The notes beneath the pieces are model-generated. The model searched no databases. It was given only the letters and a program-made list of their open reading frames with translations, and was not told the origin of the DNA. DNA of 64,000 bases, taken from contig CM119263.1 of NCBI GenBank assembly GCA_051294375.1, forward strand, positions 29,381,134 through 29,445,133, given 5' to 3'. Below, piece after piece: positions 1 through 13,570 of this stretch. Source of the DNA: Paraspadella gotoi. Its lineage: Eukaryota; Animalia; Chaetognatha. Both the position numbers and the translations under genes were made by a program. Numbering within the stretch: position 1 is the first letter of the stretch; the number at the start of each line of letters is the position of its first letter.

Positions 1-32
1 GAAAAAACGACGTAATATAAAAATACGGAGAA

Positions 33-3000
33 ATGGCGAAACGAGAAGCAACTGGAAAACAAATGATAAAAAATCATATTAAACAAAGCGATTCTCATAA
101 CAAGGTAAGATACATGTAACAATGGTTTACGTATTAAATAATCGTTTGTAAGAAACGTAAGGAAATTTGAATCATTCCAGATCATATTTGGAATATGAAA
201 TCCGCTTTTTCGGTTGTACAATGGACATATTTTAGTTCGACACGGCAGAAAATGCCGTGATAATAAAAACTTAATCCAGTAATAATCAACGCCGTCTGAG
301 TCACTAACTGATTTAGCTAACTAAATCCTTGAGAAAAGGCCACTTAACCATGAAAAATTCAAGCGTCGGACTCGGAGTGTTACGATTGTGGACTTCAAAA
401 TGGCTGAAAGCTGGGGAGTCAAGTAAAATGGACTTCGGTGATCAAATGACCATGTGAAGTTAAAAATTCAGAAGTTGGATATCTCGAGTAAACATAGAAA
501 TTGTAGTAGAGTTGAACGTTACCCAATTGAGAACAGTTCAAAACTACATTGCGCCATTGCTTGCAAACACCAGAACAGGACAAAAATTCGTAGAGTTTGA
601 GATAATGGAAAATCTTTCGAGGCACATGATCTGGAGAAAGTTTATACTATGGTGGACTAAAATCCACCAACCTGTCACTATTGTTGCTGTCAGAAAGTTG
701 ACAGTTCTGGAGGGGTTGCGTGGGACACTCTGCCTCTCTATCCTACATTTTCATAATCAGATTCAGGGGGATTGCAGTCAGATAAACAACGCGGTAAAAA
801 GTCGGGAATCTTTATGCTTCATCGTGATTTTCGTAACATTTCCCAAAATTTGCATCAATTACAGAGGTTGCTGTTGGATTTTTCAGAAGTTTTTGATATC
901 GATCGAAAGAGAAATTAGCCTTGTTTTCAAATAGTCTCGCTTTTCTTCTATCATCAACCGTTTTTGGGCCGAGGGCACTTGGTCCCATTAGAGCTGGACC
1001 TCCCTGTATTAACCAAGTTATACATGGCAATATCAAATAACAATGAAATCAATCACCCAAACGTTGCATGGGCTAGAGAAATCATTTGAATAATTACTAG
1101 CTTCCGCCATTATTAACTTTTGTCCTTCTCTAATTCCTTAGGCGATGGAGCAACAAGAATGCTGGCGTCAATGGGAACGCCGCCGGCCACTCTCGCCCCT
1201 GGGAAGGACGATCCAGGAGAGACTAATGAAGTTCTCGTCGGATCCCGCGGCGGTGTTGGGCTCAATGAAGAGCATCTCTCAGGCCAAAGCAAAAAAGGCG
1301 GAGGCGGAGAAGCGGAGGAAGAGGAGAAGCAGGTGAGTTGGTAGGAAGAGTCTTCAGGGAGGTCTTCAAAGAGCGTCCCTTACGAAGGGTTTCTTCAGGT
1401 CGCGGAGCCGGTCTCGCTCGCCATCTCGATCGCGTCGACGAGCCAAAGTAAATAAGTATCTAGAGAGAGAGTGGGAGAGTCCGCCGAGGCTGCCCCAGTT
1501 CACGCAGCACGACGACCGACTGGGTAAAAGATCGAACTTAGGTAAGTCAGCCATCGCCGATTGATGAACGTGACCGATTGTATTTCACTAATGTATTTTA
1601 ACAGATGGTCGGCAGTCTGACCTAGACTCGACAAATTCGAGGGAAACCGCTCGAAGAATGAAACTGGACTCATTAAATAAAGGAGATAAAAGGTTGGAAA
1701 ATGAAATTATTATTATAACAAGTTTGATCTTGAAATCAACTTTTTTCTTCTTCAGATGGGGCCACGACGGGTTTCAGGACCTTTATCCCGCCGAGTATTT
1801 GGAAGTTCAAAATAAACAGAAAATAACTGAAAGACGCATGAAAAGACTTCGGAGGAACAACTCTAGTGGAAGCGAATCGAGGTAGTGGTTAGGGTCACGA
1901 CGCCGGTGGCGACTTCCTCCCACTTCGCTTACTTCACACTAGTATTCAGTTTTCATCAGTTTTCTATCCGACCATTAATTCACTTACCCTACTTATCTAT
2001 CTAATGCACAATTCATCAGTTTTTTATCCGACTATGGACAAATTCCCAATTCGACTTATACCCTTTTTGAGATACTATATATTAAATTCTAATCTGCCCA
2101 TCAATAACATCGCAAATTACTATCACACAATTTGTTTTCAGATCGAGTTACTCAACGACCTCTTCGTCATCTCGATCGAGTCCCGACAGATCACCACCTC
2201 CAAAGAAAAAGTAATTTGGAATTTAATTTGAACAATTAGCTTAACAGTCAGCTTCTGTATTAGTGAAATCCTTTCTTCAAAGAAACTGTCCGGCGACTCC
2301 TCTACTAACGGACCCCGTCCAGGCGACGTTAGTTCAGAAACGTTTGAGAAAATCTAAAGCGTCAAACGGTTACGCCAAGTCAGTCGCCGATCGCTTGGCG
2401 CGAATACCGTCTCTTATGGACATCCCCATTTCCGTCGATAATCAGCAACGGCCGGCGCAGGTTTCTTCAATTTGCTTTTTCTGGATGCCAATGAGCCTCT
2501 AAAAACAGATATCGTTCTCTCAGCTCTCAGCCACGGCGCCGGATCGGGACAAAGTCCAGCTCCGATTCAAAGAGCCTCGCCGTCGACGAATGGCGTTGCG
2601 GGCTAAATTGCCGGACGAGGAAGACGGCCTTCGATCGGAGGGCGCCCGCGGCGGTAACCGCACTACATCCGCTGGCGGTGGCGTCGTAGCCATGACCCCT
2701 GGCGTCGTTACCATGAACACCAAAATCACCAAATCCTTACGAAAGGCCATGAAAAAGAAACAGAGGGAAGAAAAAGAGCGAAGGAACGAAAAATCGACGG
2801 AGACGAAGGAGGCACTGGCTCCATCTCGAACCAAACGGCTTCTCCAGGATCGCCTGGGATCGAGCGTGGTGCGCCGACCGCGAATAGAGGTATCGTCGAC
2901 GCGGGACGTCGTTTGCGACGATCAAGTGGACCAAGAGGTGAAGGAGGGAGATTTTCTAAAAATCGGACCTTCTTATTGGGATTTGGATTCCGACGAAAAT

Positions 3001-3581
3001 CAGGTATGCTTTAATTATTATTATTATTATTATTATCATAATTATTTACAATTTATTAAAGTTTTCTCCTTTCCTTTCAGAACGGCGACGTCAATATCCC
3101 CGCTCAAAACGGAATTTCTCCAGATCAACCAGATCAAATTAGGCCCTTACAACCGAAGAAGACGCAAACGAAAACTCTACCACCATCCAAAGTAAAATCG
3201 GTCAATCTTCGCCGGCGAAGCCCTTCGAGCAGCAGTGGTAGCAGCGGAAGCGACAGCAGCAGCGAAACTGGAAGCGAAACGGATTCTCGCCGCAGCAGCT
3301 TCTCCTCCTCCTCCGGGAGTCGAAGTCGCGACTCAAAACCAAGACGACGCGATCATCGGAGGCGGAGAAGGTCGCGGAGAAGGTCGCGGCGACGAGGACG
3401 ACAACGACCGTCGCGGGAAGATCGAAGGTCCAGTCAAACACCTTCACTTATTCGGCGGAGTCGGCGGCGAAGGAGCACCTCGTCAAGCTCGTCGGGAAGT
3501 TCGAGCGGAGCGTCGGAAGTCAGCAGATACTCGGACTTTGTGAGAGAGTCTTACAAAGAAATCACTAAAAGAAAACATTAA
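33..3581 (+). CDS. NKAPD1: NKAP domain-containing 1 (C11orf57)-like protein, multi-exon, RS/Ser-rich C-terminus
   Basis: Exon 1 33-104 MAKREATGKQMIKNHIKQSDSHNK (cf. human [23 protein letters not shown]) with gtaaga donor. Exon 2 from 1142 AMEQQECWRQWE (phase 0). Later exon RWGHDGFQDLYPAEY (cf. RWGHSGYKELYPEEF). Last exon from ~3081 ends ...EITKRKH* (TAA 3579-3581). Middle exons not all verified. Confidence 0.8.
300..660 (-). pseudogene. Decayed F-box (probably F-box/LRR) gene fragment, antisense in NKAPD1 intron 1
   Basis: (L)SPDHVPRKIFHYLKLYEFLSCSGVCKQWRNV fits the F-box pattern LP..(L)..IF.YL......(S.)VCK.W. There is an in-frame stop just upstream, an apparent frameshift at the LP motif, and a downstream VRRLNFSW in another frame. 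Confidence 0.55.
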
Positions 3582-3884
3582 GTTTCGCAGGATACCATGA
3601 TGTAGCAATGTGATTATATTAATGTGCCGCGTAAAATTGCGGTCGAATTATTCTTCATCATTTGCATTAAAAATTACATGTCTCTGAAATAATCTGATTA
3701 ATATAAGTAGGCTCACAAAAGATTTATTAAACAGTCAAACAATATTGCCCAGCAAAAGGAACTATCAAGCTCTTTAGTTTCAGTCAAACTGGTGATAATT
3801 TTAGACAAAATAAATAATAGGGATAGGGAAGCCAGGTTCACTGGGAGTGAATAAATAAGACTGTGAAAGAGTCTTGATTGAAAG

Positions 3885-3986
3885 CTTGTAAGTGTGATGG
3901 AGGCCTTAAACCACCAAAGTCAGGGACAAGATAGCTTATTTATTAAATGAATAGATAATTTTTATATTGGTTGTACCAATTTCATA
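3885..3986 (-). repeat. Short dispersed repeat (~110 bp); other copies ~5257-5345, 25388-25500, 25726-25875, 28298-28362, 55243-55267
   Basis: Shared core atgaaattggtacaaccaatataaaaattatccattc..aataagctatct..ctgactttg..gtggtttaaggcct, in both orientations. Confidence 0.7.
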
Positions 3987-4800
3987 ATAATAAATCAACT
4001 AACATTTTAGAAAGGTATATTTCACGAGGTATCGTTAAAAAAATTGTGTATGTGCATACACGGTGACAGTAGTATAGAGCATTATACAGACTTTCTTCCA
4101 ATGTATATTTACAACTTTGTTTTTAAAATTGGTATATTTTCTACTATTTGAATATATATTCCTATCGAACTAGTGGGTTTTTCCCCCTTCCCATAAGGAA
4201 ATGTGCGTCGGCGGGACATGCGCACGGCCATTAAAGCTTGAAAAGGATATGCGAAGTAGGTTTTAAGGTAACATTCATGAGCTGGGGTAAAACTGAATAT
4301 AATACTTCTCAAAATTTTGATTATACAAAATGTTATGTTTAACAGAAATCACTTCTACCGTATAGTATCAAAAAATTACATTTACGACTTATAATTTACT
4401 TATGACAAACTTTTAGGAATAATAAGAAGCGTGTTGTCCTCTAGTTCAAAACAATCTATACGTAGTTATTAAAATTTAAAATCCCGACAGATAATCTTTA
4501 TAAGAAATTCTTAACTTATATATGAATGAGGCACTTTCAGAACTACTGTGAACATTTTTCAACGTTTCGTTAAGATACATTTGGCATACAATAGTAAAAG
4601 CTGTCGACCACAAGTTATTAATACGAAAATGGCGAAAGATGGAGAGATGAACAAGATTAATATGTAAATGAATTAAAAGAAATTTGAAAAGATCAAAACA
4701 ATACGGACGCACATGTGAAAGTAAAAAAAACTTATTTCATTCTTTCGTGGTTCAACTCATCAATGGAATTCCAATTTTTATTCCTTCAAAGTTTTTTTTT

Positions 4801-7800
4801 TCACTCTTTTTTCCCTGGCGTAACTTTGGCCATTGTCCTCGGGGTCGGGCGCTGAGACGGTGTCCGCGGACGTCTCTGTTCCGACGCGGACCGCGCCAAT
4901 TTCGACCTTGAAGGGAAAAAGATTTTAAAAGATCTCCGCCGATCCCCTTGCCCCTCCACCCGGAATGGGTCGTCCAAAATCTCTCGTCCGACCTGAGTTC
5001 GTTGTTTTCTCTCATGAAGCGTTTGGCGAGGTCGGCCTTGAAGTTGGCTTCCTGAGTCGTCGTCTGAAGCTGGCGACGGACGTTGGACAGTTCCGACAGA
5101 TCGCGTCGAGCTTCGCGTCGATTCACGTTGAGAACGCGAGTCATCTGGATAGAGTTTTTCGGAAAAGGTTGAGTCATGGTCTCTATTTTGGTCCAGGTCC
5201 ATCACCATGAACTTTTCCAAGACATTCTCTCAGGAAACTCGTCAAAATACATATTAAATTGGTACAACCAATATAAAAATTATCCATTCAACTTGTAAAT
5301 AAGCAATCTCGCACCTGACTTTGAACAGGCTACGTTGGTTTAAGGGGTCGGGCATTATAATAGGAACAAACTGGCTGACCAGTGATCAGTGACCACCCCC
5401 AAATCGAACGTCCCCCATACTTGCCCCCCCACCCCCCATCCAAACCTCTCGTTGATGCTCATGATTGAGAGCGTCGAGGCGACGGATCTTTTCTCGCTCC
5501 GCCTCCTTCAACAGCTCGGCCTCGTCCTTTAATTGCTGCTTCTCCTAAAACCCAAACGAAAAACGGGGGCAGATTGAGAGAGAGAGACACACACACAAAA
5601 TCACGTGGTTTAATTCGAATAATTAAAGAGTACTAAAAAAAAAGGTTATTTCGGCTGGCTGCCCCTGAGGCCCTGAGGGTGGATGGCTGCTGTCGCAGCG
5701 GCGGGCCAAAGAAAGATTCCCCTTCTCCTCGGGCTCGACCTGTTTTAGGGAGAGGACTTCTCCTTCCAATCTGGCCAGGTCTTTGTCGAAATCTCGTTTT
5801 AAGGAGTTAGTCAAGTCTTTTTTCTGGAGATCCAGGGCCACTCGAACCGCCTCGTCGCGGTCCCGACGCATCCTGAAAAAAAAAAAGAATCGGGTTTTTT
5901 GTCATTTTTTTTTTCGGCCAAATCTTTTTTTTTTTTTGGTCTGGGAGAAAATCCCGACAAACTAGTCTTGAGTGAAAAACGATTTCAAGTTTAAAAAAAA
6001 AAAACCTTTGAGCAAAAAAAAAAAAAAAAAGCATCGTAAGACTACGTACGCGTCAAGAGAGAAAAAAAAAGGAGCTGAAATCAAGTTTGAAAATTTATAG
6101 ATATAATTATCTGGCGGCTTGGCTACCTACTACCTAGTAAAAAACCCTTCACATAATTTGGCCCAGAAGTGGCGCTTAATGTCAGTGAAATACGTTTATT
6201 AATTGAATTTAAAAATATATCAAAAATTACAACTAAATTAATTTATGAAAATTTAATTTAAAAGAAATATCTTTCCAGGTTATAGTCACAAATTACACTG
6301 CGGCGCAAAAAAAAGTAGCCACTTTTTTACACTGAAAAAAACTACATTGGATGGCTAAATATAACATCAAGATATAGAAACATAAAACAAAGCTTATTGA
6401 AAGATTAAGCGATTGGTCCATATCCTATTAAAATCAAACAATGCGTTCAAAAGTTATAAGATGGTACAACAAATCTGAGGAAAAAAAAAAATTTTAGTTA
6501 AGAGTCTATAACTTTCCCCTATTATAAAATATTTATAATATCTGTAAGGATAGGTGTAAACCATTTTTAACCTAAATCGAATTAAAATAAGAAGGGAAAC
6601 TATTTGGAAAAACTATCTTTTAAAAGTAAAGAGAAAGCAGTCGAGTGATAACTTACCCAAAGTTACTTTCAAAGCTTTTTCACATCTAAGTTTTTTCCTT
6701 ATTGCATCTCATATTGAAGTAGACTAATATAAACTCACACAATTATATTAGAATTATTTTTTTTTATCATGGTGATGGTGCAAACCTTTTTTTTTATTGC
6801 GTTTTAATTCAGAAAAAGACAAAATTTTTATTTTGTTACAAACAATGATTTGTATTTTATTTTTAAAATACAAATAATTGTTTGTAACAAATAAAAACTT
6901 TTTATTTTTATCATAAAATTATTTATTGATTTTAAGATAATTTTTAAAAATTATTTTTAATATTTATTATTAAAATGCCATATTTGGCAGCAATTAAAAA
7001 TATATTTATAGAAAAGTAAATTAAATTTATTTCAAACCCGTTTATTGTTTAATTCCAATATGATTTTGTCAATTCTATATTGTAAACATCAGTCAGAAAA
7101 AGAAGTATCATCAACGCTAACCTTTGGAAATCACTTTTTCTTAATTCCTTTTGAGACTGACTTTAAAGTTTTGCTCTTTTCTACTGCCTGAACCAATTCA
7201 AATTTTATTTGCACTAACCGATAGCTCTTTAAAAGATCTATAATTTTATATATAATTATATATTTTTTTCAAAATTTAAAAAATAGTAATGTATTTAAAG
7301 CTAAAGACAAGCTACAGTACAGTGCAGAATTTAGAAAGGCCGATTTACAGCACTGAGGCCGATTTACAGCACTGAGTGTTCTCCGAACAGAACATCCACA
7401 TCCAAAATTATCAAACGTAATAATAATCATGCCAAATAAAAACTGTAATAATCACAAAAAAGCCATTGCGATTGTATAAAAAAAATCTTAAAAGTATAGT
7501 GATTTCGCCAGACGTTACTATCAAAAAAAATTAATTAAAAAATCTGGGAAAAAAAACGAATGATTAATGAGATAAATTATTAATGTAATAGTAATTGATT
7601 GATGTAATAGTAATTGATTGATATAATAGTAATTGATTGATGTAATAGTAATTGATTATTGATGCGATGATAACCAAATGATTGATGCGATAATAATCCT
7701 TCATTGATGTATCATTTATTGATACGATGATAGTCATTCATTGATGCGATGAATCATTCATCGTAAATAAAACAAACAAATGCGTGTATGAGTGAGTGAG

Positions 7801-9925
7801 AGAAAGAAAAAGAAAGAAAGAAAGAAAGAGAAAAAGAGAAGACCAACCGCTGCAGAGCTGAACTCGTTTTTAAACGAATCAGACAAAAAAAGAAATATAT
7901 ATATAATTAAAAGAAAGATAAAAAATGTTACAATTATTTACATTTAAAAATTGTTACAATTGTTTTTAATTAGAAGTTGTAAAAGTATATATTTTTATTT
8001 ATATTAAAATTTAGATACAGCTTTTCATCAAAAAAGTCTTTTAAAATAACATGTTTTATATTGATTCAAATATTTTTTATATAATTTTTTTTTCAATATG
8101 ATTTACTGTAATATGCAAATTAAAACATAATATTCTATATACTAATTTGCATATTATAGTGAATAATATATTCTAATTTGCATATTGCAGTAAATTATTA
8201 TAAAAAAAAAATTCAAACAAAAAATATTTGAATCCATATGAAACATGACAGTTGTAAAGATCTTAAAGATGAGAAGCCATATCTAAATTTTTAACTTGCT
8301 AAGATCACACACTTTTATAAAAATCTATTATAATTCGTAGTAGTTTTTATTAAAAAAAACTATATAAGAAAAAAGCGTATAAGAAAAAAGCGCATACGAC
8401 AACGACGACGTCACAAAGAAGCTGAGCCGGTCTGGCGAGATAAAAAGCTTGATTTACTTGTACTTCATGGTCTTTATTTCCTCCTTCTTGGCCCTGATCA
8501 CTTCCTTAATCTGATGCTCTTTTTCGCGAGAGAGAGAACTTCGCAACTGCGCCAACTCTTGCTCTTTTTCTTGCGTCAGTTGGACGCTCACCGTTTCCGT
8601 CGTCTTTTCCCGCACTGAAGAAACGATCAAAACGACATCGAAGTTAATTATGTAATTATGTACAACATTACACATTCGGTTTATGTACTTACTTTGTTCA
8701 AACGACTCTTTCATAGTTTTCACGGCCGAATTCTTATCACGTTCCAAACTTCGGCAGCGTCTTTTCTCGACTTGAAGATCGTTCCTTAATTTTTGTACCT
8801 ATAAAATTTATCACATGTTAAAAATATAAGTTCAACAATAGAATACAAGACAAATGGCATCGCCAATGTAAATGCAAAGACGAAAGCTCGACATAAACAC
8901 TAAGACAATCCCCCCTCCCCCCTCCACCAGGCATCCCCCCTCCCACAAGGCACCTGACTCCTCAAGTCCTGCACCTCCTTCTTGAGCCTCTGAAACTTGA
9001 CGCGGCCCTGTTCGCCTTCGAGGTCGTCGTCGTCGGACGCGGCCTTGGCGCCGTCCTTGGGGGCAGAGGGCGCCGACCGCGAGCGAGACGGCGTCGTCGG
9101 GGAAGAGATAAGCATCGACTTTGGACGGGAGGATTGCTGAGCATGAGCAAGGAGGGAAGGTATTAAACGAAGGTTAAAGAGATGAGGACATGGGAGGTAT
9201 TAAAAAAATAAAAGAGATGGTTATATAGGAAGTGAATATAAAAAGGATGGTTTTATTCAAGCCATAAATTGAAAAGATATGGTGAAAATATTTATGATTG
9301 GCTTTTTGCTTTCTACATTTACATATTAATTCATTATGACCTTATCTTTCAAGAAAACTCCTTTTAAAATGAAAAGATCGTCAATAACAACAAAAACAAA
9401 AAAGTTCCCCGAACTCCACCTGCTTTGGGCTGAGTCCGAGCGAGCTCCTCGTCGACGCCGAAGCGGCCCGTGGGCTCCGACTGTTGGGACTCCCGCGCGG
9501 CGGCGTTCCGCGGCCAGCGCTGCCGCGGAAGGATCCGCCGCGGGGGGTCGAAATCTCTCTCGATGGCGGAGGCGGCGTCGCGGAGGAAGGGAGAGACGAC
9601 GTCTTCTGATCTGTTGTCGGGCGATGGAAATGGAATTGAAGGTAGAGACACTCGGAGTCGTTCTCACAGTTACTTTTTCAATTTTAATTTTCTTGACTTT
9701 ATAATTATATGTGACGTAAAAGTAATGTAGAAACTTGCAAACAACAATACCATTTTCCTTCGTTGGAGGCAACGAAGGGGCCTTTTTCGTCGGTTGGGGC
9801 GGCAACGAATTGGTCGGCTCCGCGACGGATATTTCAGGCGGCGGCGGTAACAAGTCGGGCGACGTCATCAGATCCCTCGTTTGCCCGTCGCTTCGGTTCT
9901 GCTTTCGAGTATCGACAACATTCAT
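4801..9925 (-). CDS. Coiled-coil protein resembling the JAKMIP / RIMBP3 N-terminal coiled-coil region; true start uncertain (possibly ~10214)
   Basis: Spliceable exons give QDLRSQ|VQKLRNDLQVEKRRCRSLERDKNSAVK..|..EKEQELAQLRSSLSREKEHQIKEVIRAKKEEIK|MRRDRDEAVRVALDLQKKDL..|EKQQLKDEAELLKEAEREK..|MTRVLNVNRREARRDLSEL..|RSKLARS..GKKE* (TGA 4801-4803), preceded by Pro/Ser-rich exons. Confidence 0.6.
7478..8447 (-). mobile_element. DINE-1/HINE-like element, subfamily 2
   Basis: Same termini as subfamily 1 (aaaatcttaaaag... / ...gataaaaag) but subterminal IR atttcgccagac/gtctggcgagat. (GAC)n block near the right end, ~19-bp tandem repeat 7580-7660, internal palindrome ~8010-8285. Confidence 0.55.
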
Positions 9926-12900
9926 TAACCGAAAAGGAAATAAAAATTTGATACACATTCTGACACGAATATGATTTATATTTTTACCTCCTTCGTTGTC
10001 ATTTTGAGCTAAAATCTGGCGACAAAGAAAGTTTCTTCCCACAAAAGAAGCGAAACATTTCCACAAGAACGAAAAGGAAAAAAAAATTGAAAACGAAGGT
10101 ACAGGATTCTCCCTCCTTGGTCCCCGTTGTCCGCGGCCGTTTGTTTCTTGCGCGTGCGAACCGCGACTCTGCATCAGTGCCATGGAACTGGCGATGGCAA
10201 CGAAACGAGTCCATGCTCGATGAGGGCCCCGTTAGCGGGGGAACGATGCGACTACGGCTCGAAAAGGATGGGTTCGAAGAAAAATTTTACAGATTAACCT
10301 AGAACAGACAATTAAATTTTAAGATTTAATCTAAATTATTATTAATAAATACGTAAATACTGATTTATTAGTACTTACTACTTAGTAGTAAAAGAAAACT
10401 GATAACAGTGTATTTAGCTTTTATTTGAATAGTTTATAAGTTATGATAGAAAGAAAAAACAAGAAAACGAAGTTCTAACCTAAAAAGTAAACATACAATT
10501 CTTCATTTTTGATTATTTTTATTATAAACTCCTCTTCCTCCCATTTTAGATTAAACCTCATAGTCATTCCTCATAAAATAATTCGTTTGTGGAGGTAGTG
10601 ACGAGAAAAATTTTATTTCTCATGATTGTTAAAGAGTTGATTTAAACTGTATACAGGGAAATAATAACTTTTTTATTTTTTAGCAATTTAAACTGAAACG
10701 AAAAAATATATGAATTAAATATAGAATTGTTTTTACAAGAATTTTTTTTGGGTTTCAGAATTTGGTTATAAAAATTTTTTAAAAATGTTTAAAGACCAAG
10801 TTAAATTAATGATTAATGAATAAAAATTTTAAATCTAACAGCTAGCAAGCTTAATAATTGCATCTCTAATCTAATTATTACAGGATTTGTCAATTTAATT
10901 TTAAATAAATTATAACAAACACTATAAAGTTGACTATGCATATCATAACAGATTTATTGAAGCGAGTAGGTCTGGCACAGTAACAAATCCTATCATAAAC
11001 AAAAAGCGTAGACAATTAGCCCAATCCATATCCACAAGAAATGTTGCCACTTCAGTCAGAAAATAATTTTTCGATTTTCGCAAAAACATTCTTTTTGTAA
11101 TTTGTAACAAATTTTTGTTTCAAAAATACATTCCAAACGCAAAGCAAAAAAAATTTGATTAATGATCCATTTCAAATAAATGAAACACTAATTTTTGTGC
11201 ATTAATGAAAAACGTTTAAAATCAAAAACAATCTAAACTTAAATTGTTTTATTTACATTCATTCGCATTGTTAACATTTTCCAATACAAACGTCTCTAAA
11301 GTTTCCAAATTTGATAAGAAGCGACATCGCCATTAGAGGCACTACATTTTCATTTCAGCTTTTTTATCACGAACAACATCCTTTTTTATTAAAAAATAAA
11401 GTAAAACAAAAATCCAAGAACCGTCATTTTTAAATTCCAAGAAATTTTGACTTTATTTGACTATATGAAAGAAATGAATTCATTAAACGCTGTTAAAAAT
11501 ATTGCAGTAAAAGCCAAGACAAGCAAAAACTTCATAAAGAAAATAAAAACGGTGAATAAAGAGATATACAACAGTGAACATGAACGATATTAGAGCTTAA
11601 GCGAATTAACCACTTAAACGACAATATAGTAGTCCAGGATAAGAAAATCTTATATTACTATCGGACTCAACAACTTTTGCTATTTAATGTATTATCTTAC
11701 CTAATAATAGTGATAAAGGCTTAACGATTTACCATTTCATACAAAGCTTAGGTTTTTGTCCTGATTGTATCACTTTGTAAAGTATTAAATTTTTTTCTTA
11801 GTACGAACAGGTTTCTTAATAATCAATTAATCATACTTAATTTAACTACTTTTCACTCTTGCAGAGGGAATAACATTAATAAACTTCGGTTAAAAAATTG
11901 TTATATAAGAACGAAAATAATATTATTTTGTATAAGCGACAGAAGAATATAAGGCAAAGTAAATAACATTAACCTAAAATTCATTAAAAATCCGCCTTAT
12001 AACCTTAAGCCAACAACGGTTTGATAATGACATTAAGGAAAAAAAAAAGGGTTATTCTGACTTTATACAAATAAAATATACTACCTTGGTATATGGCAGC
12101 AATTTAAATTTTTTTATAAATGCCTGATCGTACTAAGAACTAAAAAAAAGAAGAAAAAAAAAATAATAATATCGCCCAAAATTCAAAATTCAGATGAGTT
12201 TAAAAAATAAAATAGATCAATATACTAATTTTGGCATGTTTCAACTCGAGAAACATCTTAAATTATTCATGAAATTTTAAAGCAGTAAATTAGAAATAAT
12301 CACAGTGAATGACAAAAAGAGAACGGTAAAGGGAAAAATAGAAACCATCAAAGAATAATAAAACTCGATAAAACATTTATTAGACGAGGGCTACCTAGAT
12401 TTCAGATAGTACTAAACATAAAGTATCTATTGAATTAACATGAATGGGGCTTTCAGGGTGCAGAGCTCCTGTGAGAAGAGAAAAGAAGACTAGTTATGCA
12501 ACTTTAGTGCATTTAAAAAAAGAGCATCGACAGTGTTGACGGCATCACCTTTTCGACATAAAACAGTAAATTAATTGATTAGCTACAGAGATGGAAACTT
12601 CAAGGTGGACTGACCATGAATAAATCCCACCAAAAAAAAAAAAAAATAGTAAAATAAACCAAAAGTTGCGGTAGTATTTTTCTATAAAAGTGTTATATTA
12701 TTTTAAAAATGAGCTCATTTAAAAATAAAAAGGTGGGGTAAAACAATAATGGGGGATTCTATAATGAAAATTAACAAGCTGACGCAAATCGAGAAAAGAA
12801 AAATAATTCCTTTTTATTACTACATTTCTACCCCAGTCCCTTTCAAAACGTATAATAAATTTACTAGGTATTCCGAAATGCATTTAATAAGGCCATAAAC

Positions 12901-13570
12901 AGTATTAAAATAATATTATTCCATACAGATAAACATTAAAAGATACCGAATACGATTATTAAATTTAAAATTGCCTTTAATTTCAAAGCTAGTTATTTAA
13001 AGTAAGGGCAGTAATACCATGAAGTCTCCGGTGCATCAGTAGCTTAAAACTTAAAGGAAACTTGGGGGGAAAAACTTGTAACAGGAAAAACTCATTGTGG
13101 ATAATAAACACTTAATAAATAATAAGTCTAAAAATAATCCCCTCCCCCAGTCCAAGTTAAATAACGAATTGATAAAAATGCGGAAAAGCAATGCGATAAT
13201 TTTCCTGCTCGAAGCCCATGATTTCAAGGCCACAGATGAAAATAAAAGAACCAGCCGAGAGACCAAAGATGTTTCTGAGATTTCCAATCAAGATTTTTCC
13301 GATGCACATTTTCTTCGGGTTTATATAATCATGATTACATGGTTCATCACAAGTTATGACATTCCTTATCACAGTTATTCACAGCCAATCGGGTCTCCTT
13401 CCTTCAGTTCGGTGGGCGTAACTGGAGGGATTTTTACATGCATTTCTCCTCACATGTAAAAAAGCTCTGCCCCCTAATCATCACCGCCCTACTGGTTCCC
13501 CCCCCCAAATGATTTTTTTCGCGATGTTTTTAAAAAAGGGGAAATTCTAATCGGACTCACGACTCCTAAT

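Noticed and set aside
3885-3930. Hammerhead ribozyme in the dispersed repeat
   Set aside because: CTGANGA and GAAA cores are absent and not restored in other copies.
6294-6330. Tc1/mariner-like terminus TACACTG..CAAAAAAAAGTAGCCAC
   Set aside because: No matching inverted end found in the window.
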